From Candidatus Nanohaloarchaea archaeon (GTDB lineage Archaea > Nanohalarchaeota > Nanosalinia > Nanosalinales > Nanosalinaceae): 57,219 nucleotides of DNA. Below the pieces are notes generated by a model. The model was given only the letters and a program-made list of their open reading frames with translations, did no database searches and was not told where the DNA came from. Shown piece by piece: positions 10,078 to 17,739 of the stretch; within the stretch, counting starts at the first letter, position 1, and every line of letters begins with the position of its first letter. The position numbers and the translations under genes are program-made. Where the stretch lies: contig JBDGSE010000031.1 of assembly GCA_042217695.1 (NCBI GenBank), positions 1-57,219 of the forward strand. Direction: 5' to 3'.

Positions 10078-10102
10078 AGATAGTTTGTCGTGAAACAGTT
10101 TT

Positions 10103-10489
10103 ATGAAACCGATGAGGCTGGAAATATACGGCCAGACAGTCGAGTTAGACGAGGAAAGGCTTGAAAACCCCGAAAAGCTCCGGTGCCAGCTCGATGAGTA
10201 CCTGGCCGGTGAGAGACGGAGATTCCAGCTACGGTACCGGCTGCCGGACGGCTTCCAGGGAAGAGTGCTCTCAGAGCTGGAGGATATACCCTACGGCGAG
10301 GTACAAAGCTACGGCGATCTGGCCTCGGAGCTGGATACCGCTCCCGTAACTGTCGGGCAGGCTCTCTCGGAAAACCCTCTGCCCATCATAGTTCCCTGTC
10401 ACCGCGTTGTCGGCAAAGACTCTACAGGCGGCTACAGTTACGGTGAAAAACTCAAGAAGAAGCTTTTAAGTCTTGAAGGAGCTCTTTAA
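10103..10489 (+). CDS. ogt: methylated-DNA--protein-cysteine methyltransferase (short form)
   Basis: IPYGEVQSYGDLA block, active site IIVPCHRVVG, C-terminal KKKLLSLEG. Confidence 0.85.
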   Translation: MKPMRLEIYGQTVELDEERLENPEKLRCQLDEYLAGERRRFQLRYRLPDGFQGRVLSELEDIPYGEVQSYGDLASELDTAPVTVGQALSENPLPIIVPCHRVVGKDSTGGYSYGEKLKKKLLSLEGAL

Positions 10490-11909
10490 GCCGTTCCACG
10501 AGTCTTTCCAGGAACTCGCTGAAGGTCACGGTGTCGAAACCTGTGGTCCGGGTCCGGTTCGGTAGCTCAAGCTTCCTTACCACCAGTGTGGTGGTGTTCC
10601 TCTCCGGGGAAGCGGAGTACACGGGGTAGTCGTACTGGTTGATGTCGTTCAGGCAGGCATTAAATTTTTCGCGGGAGCTGTACTCGCACGGCGTCATATC
10701 AAGATACCGGGAATATATCTGCCATTTCTCCCCTGGCTTTTCTACCTCGTGCGAGACATCCAGCTGACGGTAAAGCTTTCGAAGAGAACCGTTCTGGTGG
10801 ACGATGTAGTTCCTTATCATCAGCTCCGAGTAGGCATAGCCGAAATCCCTGTTGGCCGGTGCAGAGGAGAACGCGCTCCATGTCCTCATGAAGCTCATGT
10901 TCTGCCGGTAGTACTGCCATAACCTGTCTCTATCGCCCTTGGAGGGAAGCGTGTAGTAGGTCCTGTCGTCCGGATCCGGGTCGTACTCAACAGGATCTCC
11001 GAAAAGCTCTGCGGGCGGCTTGTCGATCCTTCCGCTCCTGTAAAGTTTTTTCCGTACCAGAAACTCGACGTATTTGCTCGTCCCCTCGTCGAAGTAGCTG
11101 GAAGATGTCGAGTCCCACTTGAGCTCGCGGTCGTTCAGGCCGTGGACCACCTCATGCGCCAGTACTGGCAGGAAGTCCTCCTGGAGGGACTGTCTTATCC
11201 TGATGATCCCTCCGACGTACTCGCCTGCGCTCCACCGGTTGACCGTCTCATTGTATTTTCCATCTGGCAGGGCCGCGACCGGGAAACGCTGGAAGTCCTG
11301 GTAGAACCCCATCGTGCCGACCGGCACCTCGTAGGCGATCTCCGTCCCGTTCCGGCGGGTGCCGAAGAACTGGAAGTACTCGGTTTTATGACCTGAACCA
11401 AATTTCCACCGGAGCACAAGGGCTCCCTTGCCCCGGAAACGCATGCTGTGGTTGGTGTAGGACGTGCCGAAACCGTAACTCGTCCATCCGGAGATCAGGT
11501 CCTTCTGGTAGAGTATACCCTGGGTGGTCTCCCGGGAGAGCGCGGGCAACGATATTTCCCGCCTGTAAAGACCGTCATGTATCTCCTCCGCGTCCCTCTT
11601 CAACCGGAAGGACATATCTATTATCTCAGGGCTGCCGCCGCTTCCGCGGGTGTAGATTGTAAGGCTGTCTCCCTGGAGGCTGTAGTTAGTTACCTCTCCC
11701 ACCCGGGCCGTTATGGAGAGGATCTCCGCGTTCTCGGGCCGCGACCAAGAGAGCTGCCACCTGTCCGGGCACCTTCCATCGCAGCCGAGCTTTACACTGG
11801 TATTGATGGTCACACCCTCGATCCCCGAATCCAGGGTGTAGTGTGCCTGCCCGGTCACGCCCTGGAGCATGAAAACAGCGAGCAGCGGCAGTAAAATTTT
11901 GGTCCGCAT
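10452..11909 (-). CDS. secreted gluzincin-like metallopeptidase (peptidase-MA-like)
   Basis: Signal-like MRTKILLPLLAVFMLQGVTG. HEVVH (nt 11142-11156) followed by X18-E (E275, nt 11085-11087) inside W..FDEGTSKY. The 3' end overlaps ogt convergently by 38 nt. Confidence 0.7.
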   Translation of the reverse strand: MRTKILLPLLAVFMLQGVTGQAHYTLDSGIEGVTINTSVKLGCDGRCPDRWQLSWSRPENAEILSITARVGEVTNYSLQGDSLTIYTRGSGGSPEIIDMSFRLKRDAEEIHDGLYRREISLPALSRETTQGILYQKDLISGWTSYGFGTSYTNHSMRFRGKGALVLRWKFGSGHKTEYFQFFGTRRNGTEIAYEVPVGTMGFYQDFQRFPVAALPDGKYNETVNRWSAGEYVGGIIRIRQSLQEDFLPVLAHEVVHGLNDRELKWDSTSSSYFDEGTSKYVEFLVRKKLYRSGRIDKPPAELFGDPVEYDPDPDDRTYYTLPSKGDRDRLWQYYRQNMSFMRTWSAFSSAPANRDFGYAYSELMIRNYIVHQNGSLRKLYRQLDVSHEVEKPGEKWQIYSRYLDMTPCEYSSREKFNACLNDINQYDYPVYSASPERNTTTLVVRKLELPNRTRTTGFDTVTFSEFLERLVERLKELLQDLKASS

Positions 11910-11926
11910 AAATCTGGTTGGAATCG

Positions 11927-11938
11927 CAAAAATAAAAG
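11927..11938. promoter_or_regulatory. shared bidirectional A/T element between divergent genes
   Basis: CAAAAATAAAAG lies 24 nt from ATG 11909 (minus strand) and 28 nt from ATG 11961 (dcd). Confidence 0.45.
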
Positions 11939-11960
11939 TTCTTGAGCCGCAAAACCCTTT

Positions 11961-12545
11961 ATGGCCATACTATCGGACCGCGAACTGGAAAAGCTCATCA
12001 ACGACAAAGACGCGGTATACACGGAAAAAGGTCCCGATATAGACTTCGACCTACAGCTGGGTCCTTCTTCACTGGATCTCAGGCTCGGCTACGAGTTCGG
12101 AGTCCTCAACACACGGAAACTGGAGAAGATAGACACCCGCTCCATGGAAAGGTACCAGGACTTCATACAGACCGAGAGACACGAACCCGAGGAAGGCGTG
12201 GTTATACACCCGGGAGAGTTCGTTCTGGGAAGCACGCTGGAAAAGGTGAACGTGCCTTCAAACCTTGTAGCCAGGGTGGAGGGCCGCAGCTCCTACGGGA
12301 GACTGGGTATAATAGTTCACGCCACCGCCGGCTACATAGACCCCGGGTTCGAGGGCCAGATAACGCTCGAGATGCAGAACCTTGGTAATGCACCGGTTAA
12401 ACTATACCCCGAAGACCGGGTCTGCCAGGTCGTGTTCGAGACCATGACCTCGGAGGCGGAAGAGCCCTACGGCGAGAAAACCGATGCGAAGTACATGGGG
12501 CAGGAAGGCGCCACAGGTTCAAAACTGGACGAGGAAAAGAGATGA
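11961..12545 (+). CDS. dcd: dCTP deaminase (possibly bifunctional dCTP deaminase/dUTPase)
   Basis: ILSDRELEKLI N-terminus; VEGRSSYGRLGI and DPGFEGQITLEMQN motifs. Confidence 0.9.
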   Translation: MAILSDRELEKLINDKDAVYTEKGPDIDFDLQLGPSSLDLRLGYEFGVLNTRKLEKIDTRSMERYQDFIQTERHEPEEGVVIHPGEFVLGSTLEKVNVPSNLVARVEGRSSYGRLGIIVHATAGYIDPGFEGQITLEMQNLGNAPVKLYPEDRVCQVVFETMTSEAEEPYGEKTDAKYMGQEGATGSKLDEEKR

Positions 12546-13690
12546 ACGTCTCCATCGAGAACGTGGACGGCGACCCGGTAAGGGACAGGAAGACCGAACT
12601 GGTGGAGAGGAAGGGTCTTGGACACCCGGACTCGATAAGCGATGGGATCGCGGAAGCAGTTTCACGCAGGCTCTCCAGGGAGTACAGGGAACGGTTCGGC
12701 CAGATACTGCACCACAACACCGACGAGGTGCAGCTGGTCGCAGGTTCTTCAGACCCGGAACTGGGCGGCGGAGAGTTGAAAGAAAAGATATACGTACTGC
12801 TCACCGGCAGGGCCACGAAAAAACACAGGGGCGAAAATATACCTGTGGACAGGTTAGCGGTCAAGGCGGCCCGGGACTATATCGACGAGAACTTCAAGGC
12901 ACTTTCCTCAAACCATATCGAGTTCGAGCCGCGGATAGGTGAGACATCGACCGACCTGAAATCGGTATATAGCTCTGAAGGCGTGCCGAGGTCAAACGAC
13001 ACCAGTTTCGGCGTCGGTCATTTCCCTCTATCTCCGGCGGAGAAAACCGTTAGGACCCTGGAGGAACGGCTCCACTCCGGGATAGACGAGGTCGGCGAGG
13101 ACGTGAAGGTGATGGGTCTCCGCACCGGGAACAGGATTGAGCTGACGGTGGCTGCGGCGATAATCTCCGGGGAGGTGGCCAGCCTGGACGGATACCTGGA
13201 AGCGGTCGAAAAAGTCAAGCGTACTTCAAGGGAACACGCCGAGGAACTCACTGATCTCGAGGTGGACGTGGATGTGAACGCGGCGGACACCCCGGAGGAG
13301 GACTCCATATACCTCACGGTGACAGGGACCTCGGCGGAGATGGGGGATGACGGCTCCGTCGGCCGCGGGAACCGTGTGAACGGCCTGATAACTCCACACC
13401 GCTCGATGTCGCTGGAGGCGGCCTCCGGGAAGAACCCTGTTTCGCACGTGGGCAAACTGTACAACCTGATGGCGAACCGTATAGCGCGAAAGATCTACCA
13501 TGAGACGGCGACAGATTTCGCCGAGGTCAAACTGCTCTCCCAGATAGGCTCGCCCATCGACGACCCACAGGCGATAGAGATCGAGGTAAACGCGTCCGGT
13601 GACAGGGCGGAAGAGATAGCAAGGTCAGAAATGGATTCAGTAACGTCTCTTACCGACGAGTTCGTGCGCGGTGAGCTCGATACGTTCTGA
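12542..13690 (+). CDS. mat: archaeal-type S-adenosylmethionine synthetase
   Basis: ERKGLGHPDSISDGIAEAVS and GTSAEMGDDGSVGRGNRVNG blocks. ATGA start/stop overlap with dcd. Confidence 0.9.
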   Translation: MNVSIENVDGDPVRDRKTELVERKGLGHPDSISDGIAEAVSRRLSREYRERFGQILHHNTDEVQLVAGSSDPELGGGELKEKIYVLLTGRATKKHRGENIPVDRLAVKAARDYIDENFKALSSNHIEFEPRIGETSTDLKSVYSSEGVPRSNDTSFGVGHFPLSPAEKTVRTLEERLHSGIDEVGEDVKVMGLRTGNRIELTVAAAIISGEVASLDGYLEAVEKVKRTSREHAEELTDLEVDVDVNAADTPEEDSIYLTVTGTSAEMGDDGSVGRGNRVNGLITPHRSMSLEAASGKNPVSHVGKLYNLMANRIARKIYHETATDFAEVKLLSQIGSPIDDPQAIEIEVNASGDRAEEIARSEMDSVTSLTDEFVRGELDTF

Positions 13691-13696
13691 CACCGT

Positions 13697-13819
13697 CTAA
13701 CGTTCTTCCAGGCAGGTGCGGTGTACAACGCCCCTCTCGGTTTCAGCGTACGGTTCGTCCGAGTGGACGCCGTTACCACACATAAGGCAGAAACCTACCT
13801 GTTTGACCATAGCAGCCAT
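13697..13819 (-). CDS. small zinc-finger-like protein (40 aa; CxxCG...HxxC), absent from the 60-aa ORF track
   Basis: Hand translation: MAAMVKQVGFCLMCGNGVHSDEPYAETERGVVHRTCLEER. GGGGAGGGG (13826-13834) lies 6 nt upstream of the ATG at 13819, and a second in-frame ATG is at 13810. Paralogous to the ORF at 52708-52845. Confidence 0.55.
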   Translation of the reverse strand: MAAMVKQVGFCLMCGNGVHSDEPYAETERGVVHRTCLEER

Positions 13820-13921
13820 TCTTATCCCCTCCCCACTCCATTCTTGTGTCCCGAATGGTATATAATTAATGCTGGACAGTCCCTCGGGAGCTGTTTAAAG
13901 CTGGGCCTCCAACCACTGGAC

Positions 13922-14677
13922 ATGAAACCGGTAGATGCGCACTGCCACCTGGACTTCGACCAGTACGACAGCGACCGCCCGGAGGTGATGGAGCGGGCCA
14001 GGGAAGAACTCGAGTTCGTCGTGAACGCCGGCGCATCCCTGGAAAACAACAGGAGGACCCTGGAACTCGCCGACAGGCACCCTGGTTTTGTGGTGCCGGC
14101 TCTGGGCCTGCATCCGACTTACACCGATGAGTTCTCCTGCCTCGACGAAGTGAAGGAACAGATAGAGACGGAGGAACCGGCCGCGGTCGGCGAGATAGGC
14201 ATGGACTACCACCACGTCACAGACAGAGAGATGAGGGAGAAACAGGAGGAGGTCTTCCGCGAGATGCTTTCACTTGCCGGCGACCTGGGAAAACCAGCAG
14301 TGGTCCACTCCAGAGATGCAGAGAAACAGGCGGTGAGGATACTCTCCTCCCACGGGGGAAAGGTCATGCTGCACGCCTTCAACGGAAGACCGGAACTCGC
14401 GAAGGAGGCCGTGGAGAGCGGCATGAAGATAGGGGTGACCTGCCAGGTGCTCTACTCGAACAGGGTCCAGGAACTGGTGAGAGAACTGAGGGTCGCGGAC
14501 CTCATGCTGGAGACCGACTCCCCGTTCCTCTACCAGGGAGACCGCAACGAGCCGTCAAACGTTAAGGAGAGCGCAAGGAAGATCGCAGAGTTGAAGGATC
14601 TCCCGGTAGAAGATGTCGTCGAGGAAACCACCTCGAACGCACGAGAGTTTTTCGGAAGACCGTCCCAAGATTCTTGA
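13922..14677 (+). CDS. tatD: TatD-family metal-dependent hydrolase/DNase
   Basis: MKPVDAHCHLDF at ATG 13922; EIGMDYHH, VVHSRDA and ETDSPF motifs. The ORF-track start at 13721 adds 67 non-homologous residues and covers the opposite-strand micro-ORF. Confidence 0.85.
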   Translation: MKPVDAHCHLDFDQYDSDRPEVMERAREELEFVVNAGASLENNRRTLELADRHPGFVVPALGLHPTYTDEFSCLDEVKEQIETEEPAAVGEIGMDYHHVTDREMREKQEEVFREMLSLAGDLGKPAVVHSRDAEKQAVRILSSHGGKVMLHAFNGRPELAKEAVESGMKIGVTCQVLYSNRVQELVRELRVADLMLETDSPFLYQGDRNEPSNVKESARKIAELKDLPVEDVVEETTSNAREFFGRPSQDS

Positions 14678-14726
14678 GTTAACCCGTTAAAACTTATTCA
14701 ACAAGTATGGACCAGGAGGAACAAAA

Positions 14727-15191
14727 ATGGTTTTCAACAGGATAAAAGACAGGGTAAGCCAGAATCCAAGAGTGGCAGTTTACGTCGACGGCCCGAACGT
14801 GGTCAGGAAGGAGTTCGATCTCGATCTTGACGAACTGCGAGAAGAGATAGAAGAACTTGGAAGCATAAAAGTCGCCAAGGTCTTCCTGAACCAGTACGCT
14901 TCAGATAAACTCATCGAGGCAATAGTATCTCAGGGCTTCGAGGCAGCTCTTGGACTTGGCGGAGAGAAAGACAAGGAAAGCGATGTGGATGTCTACATGG
15001 CGGTTAACGCGATGGAAGCAGTATTCGACGACCATATAGACATCCTTGTGCTTGTAACGCGCGACACAGACTTTTTACCGGTTATACAGAAGGCAAAGGA
15101 GAACGGGAAGGAAACCGTTATCATAGGGATGGAGCCAGGATTTTCCACAGCGCTTAAAAACGCTGCAGACCAGGTAATAGAGCTGGAGTAG
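14727..15191 (+). CDS. NYN/LabA-like (PIN-related) domain protein
   Basis: [10 protein letters not shown] ... [31 protein letters not shown] (14715-14719) lies 7 nt upstream of the ATG. Confidence 0.7.
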   Translation: MVFNRIKDRVSQNPRVAVYVDGPNVVRKEFDLDLDELREEIEELGSIKVAKVFLNQYASDKLIEAIVSQGFEAALGLGGEKDKESDVDVYMAVNAMEAVFDDHIDILVLVTRDTDFLPVIQKAKENGKETVIIGMEPGFSTALKNAADQVIELE

Positions 15192-15506
15192 ATGGCTCCT
15201 GTACGGTTCGACGTCCTGGGCCTTCTGGACATATTCTCGGCAGTCCTGATGTTTTTTACTGCCGCACCGGTGCCTGTTGCGGTCGCCAACCTTCACGCCG
15301 GGTTCCTTGCATTCAAGGGCGGGGGCGGCATAGTAAAAGGCTTCCCGATGCCCTATCCAGTTTTCCTGCTTGGCGGGTTCGCAGACCTGATATCCGCCGC
15401 CATACTCCACTTCGGGCAGCCACCCTCCTTCATCGGTTTCACGAACTGGATAGCCGCGGCGCTCCTTGTAAAAGGAGTCTGGACTCTCCTGGGCCTCATG
15501 GGCTAG
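15192..15506 (+). CDS. small hydrophobic membrane protein, hypothetical
   Basis: 104-aa ORF with 3-4 hydrophobic segments. Its ATG immediately follows the NYN gene's TAG stop. Confidence 0.5.
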   Translation: MAPVRFDVLGLLDIFSAVLMFFTAAPVPVAVANLHAGFLAFKGGGGIVKGFPMPYPVFLLGGFADLISAAILHFGQPPSFIGFTNWIAAALLVKGVWTLLGLMG

Positions 15507-15645
15507 AATAGTGTTCTATCAACTCTTCCAGCATCCTGCTCTTCATGGCGGAGTCCGTCCTGTCGAGCAGCGCCTCCAGCTCCTCCACCTTCTGTTCCGC
15601 CGGCAGTTCGTCAAAGTCCTCCGGTAGTTCAGCCTCTATCTCCAT
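15496..15645 (-). CDS. small acidic helical protein (49 aa), below track cutoff
   Basis: Hand translation: MEIEAELPEDFDELPAEQKVEELEALLDRTDSAMKSRMLEELIEHYSSP. Composition matches the acidic proteome. An AT-rich TTTAATT element (15666-15672) lies ~24 nt upstream of the ATG. Confidence 0.45.
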   Translation of the reverse strand: MEIEAELPEDFDELPAEQKVEELEALLDRTDSAMKSRMLEELIEHYSSP

Positions 15646-15672
15646 GGATCAGCATTCGAGCCAAGAATTAAA

Positions 15673-16359
15673 CTATCTGCGCTGGAGCTCGTCCGTTATA
15701 CGTTTCAGGAGCTCGATTATCTGCTCGTTCTGGGCCTTCAACTCCTCTATCTCGTCTCTGTTCTGCGCCACAGTACTGGAATCCGGGTCCATGCCTACGT
15801 TCTTCATCTTGGCCCGCGTCTGACTGCTGAGCTGTGGTTCGCTGCCCCCTTTCTCAGGTCTTCCGGCCTGCGGGTTCGGAGAGCTGGAATTCTGGCCGGT
15901 ACTGCCTCCGCCGCCCATACTCCTCCTGTTTCCGGGCGAACCCTGCTGCGAGTTATCCATGTTCCTGTCTGTCCCCCGGGAACTGTTCTGGTTCCCCTGC
16001 TGCCGGCCGGAGCGAGACTGTTGCTGGCGGCTCTGGCCCCGCGGTCCCTGTGACGGAGTATCGTTCTGCGGACCCTGGTTCTGAACCCCCTGGTTCTGAG
16101 GTCCCTGGGACGGAGTATCGTTCTGCGGAGCCTGACGTGGAGAGGGATTATCCTGTGACCCCGGGTTACCGGGCGGCTGACCTGAGTTGTCTCCAAAGCC
16201 GCCGCCGAGGTCGCCGTCCCCCCCGAAGTCGTCGTTTCCGCCGAAATCGGGGTCTCCAGACGAGGAGGAGTCGTCGAACCCCGAGCTATCAAAGTCGGAG
16301 CCCGAACCGGATGTATCGGAGCCTGAAACCTTGTCTTTTATATCGTCGAGGACGCCCAT
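15673..16359 (-). CDS. intrinsically disordered G/S/D/Q/P-rich protein with C-terminal coiled coil
   Basis: 228-aa ORF with an acidic G/S/D-rich N-terminus, tandem NDTPSQGPQNQG repeats and a C-terminal heptad-like helix (EIEELKAQNEQIIELLKRITDELQRR). TATA-like element ~30 nt upstream. Confidence 0.6.
   Translation of the reverse strand: MGVLDDIKDKVSGSDTSGSGSDFDSSGFDDSSSSGDPDFGGNDDFGGDGDLGGGFGDNSGQPPGNPGSQDNPSPRQAPQNDTPSQGPQNQGVQNQGPQNDTPSQGPRGQSRQQQSRSGRQQGNQNSSRGTDRNMDNSQQGSPGNRRSMGGGGSTGQNSSSPNPQAGRPEKGGSEPQLSSQTRAKMKNVGMDPDSSTVAQNRDEIEELKAQNEQIIELLKRITDELQRR
16052..16129. repeat. 57-bp-period coding direct repeat
   Basis: Perfect 21-mer gacggagtatcgttctgcgga at 16052-16072 and 16109-16129. 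Encodes the NDTPSQGPQNQG repeats. Confidence 0.8.
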
Positions 16360-16497
16360 GGATGTAACTTCGGAAGTCGTGTTAAATAAAGTTTTGATTC
16401 TGTAGAAACGTGGAGAATCGTTTTACCTGGTTCAAAACCTGTTTTCAAAGCGTTTCAGTCCTTTTCGCGACGGATCCTCCGGCAGCCGCCCTGGGCC

Positions 16498-17043
16498 TCA
16501 CTCGTCATCCTTGACCTTGATACGGAAGACACATTCGGGATCTCCCGCGGCCTTGCACTTCTCCTCGTGGACCACAACCTCCTCGTCGAAGAGATACTCC
16601 AGCCCACCGGCAAACATCCCGGTGAGGAAGTAGCATGTCTTCTTCTCCTCATGGTCCTCCTGGAGATGGGACTCTGCAGTAGGGGAGGAAGGCACTATGA
16701 GACCATCCTCTTCCACCATGATATCGGAGTACCCCAGGAACTTCAGCAGCCCCAGGTACTGGCCAAAGGCCTGCTGGGGGTCCTGCGAGACCTGCAGGAG
16801 ATCGACAAGGTCCTCCGCGTATCCTCGCCCCGTGTTGTTGAGTATGCCGCCGGCTCCTTCGCCGTATACCTCGGCCAGCATCTCCAGTATCTCGGCCATG
16901 AAGTAGTCCGAACCCATTATGTTGAACCTGTGGTCCATGACCTCCACGTTGCCGTCGAAATCTCCCGTCAGGTCTTCGTTCTCCCTCAGCTCTGTGAAGG
17001 CCGACTGTTTCTCCTGTTCAACCAGTTCAGGTTCAAGTTTCAT
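16498..17043 (-). CDS. V4R (4-vinyl reductase-like) domain protein
   Basis: C-terminal CYFLTGMFAGGLEYLF...EEKCKAAGDPECVFRI, matching the V4R Cys pattern. Confidence 0.7.
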   Translation of the reverse strand: MKLEPELVEQEKQSAFTELRENEDLTGDFDGNVEVMDHRFNIMGSDYFMAEILEMLAEVYGEGAGGILNNTGRGYAEDLVDLLQVSQDPQQAFGQYLGLLKFLGYSDIMVEEDGLIVPSSPTAESHLQEDHEEKKTCYFLTGMFAGGLEYLFDEEVVVHEEKCKAAGDPECVFRIKVKDDE

Positions 17044-17674
17044 CTTTCACCACCATCCTGCAGGAATCGTGTCCGCTATCCGCGGCGCACTGGGTTTCTT
17101 CAGCGGTTAAATCCTCGTTTTCCCAGTAATAACCTACTATACCTTTTATGACGCCGGTCAGGAATTTACAGTTGGCCCCGCCGGTCTCGCACGTCCTCTC
17201 ATCGGCGCATTCCTGATAACTGTATGATTCAAAGGAGTTGTAGAACTTGAACTCTGCTCTCTCACCGGCTTCGTACTCCACGACATCGACGTCTCCTAGC
17301 CAGCCGACGTGGCTCCCGTACCCGAATATCTTCTCCATCTGGGAGAGTTCGTCGGTGGGTGAGATACCTCGGATCGACTCCAGGTCAAACCCGGATTCGA
17401 ATGCCAGCTTCACGATATCGGTTACACTTACATCCCTGAAATCCTCGTCCATCTTGCTGGCTATGTAGTGGCCTGCGTTCTCGCCGAAACGCTTTATCCG
17501 GCTGCGTATGACCGGTCCGGCCACCTCCTCCATCTCCTGGAAAAGCTGTGCAAACATCTTGGTGTGGAAGAAGACGAACCGGCGGTCCGAGTATTCGATG
17601 ACCCCGTTCTCATCTGGCTCCGACTCTGTCAGGTACGGGGCCAGCCGGTAAAATGAGTCACGTACATCCGCCAT
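17033..17674 (-). CDS. V4R domain protein (second, longer paralogue)
   Basis: C-terminal CKFLTGVIKGIVGYYW...ETQCAADSGHDSCRMVV. Overlaps the downstream V4R gene by 11 nt. TATA-like CTTAATAAG ~27 nt upstream of the ATG. Confidence 0.7.
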   Translation of the reverse strand: MADVRDSFYRLAPYLTESEPDENGVIEYSDRRFVFFHTKMFAQLFQEMEEVAGPVIRSRIKRFGENAGHYIASKMDEDFRDVSVTDIVKLAFESGFDLESIRGISPTDELSQMEKIFGYGSHVGWLGDVDVVEYEAGERAEFKFYNSFESYSYQECADERTCETGGANCKFLTGVIKGIVGYYWENEDLTAEETQCAADSGHDSCRMVVKDET

Positions 17675-17739
17675 ATGGAGAAACTTACAGGTTCTTGCTT
17701 ATTAAGACACCGGTCAAGTATCAAAAATCTCCAGAGACC

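Noticed and set aside
13721-13921. N-terminal 67 residues of the track's tatD ORF, and similar long starts at 38387..39253, 45899..47317, 25274..26305, 54137 and 56201
   Set aside because: They start at GTG/TTG or at ATGs far upstream, overlap neighbouring genes or promoters, and precede the family-conserved N-termini. Internal starts with proper TATA or ribosome-binding-site spacing were preferred.
16040-16135. Possible CRISPR or non-coding tandem array (also 40315-40350)
   Set aside because: The repeats are in frame inside ORFs and encode low-complexity Q/G/S/R tracts. There is no repeat-spacer organisation and no cas genes.
17393-17402. tRNA T-loop-like GGATTCGAAT
   Set aside because: It lies inside the V4R coding sequence and the flanks cannot form acceptor or anticodon stems. 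No tRNA-sized non-coding gap exists elsewhere in the window either.
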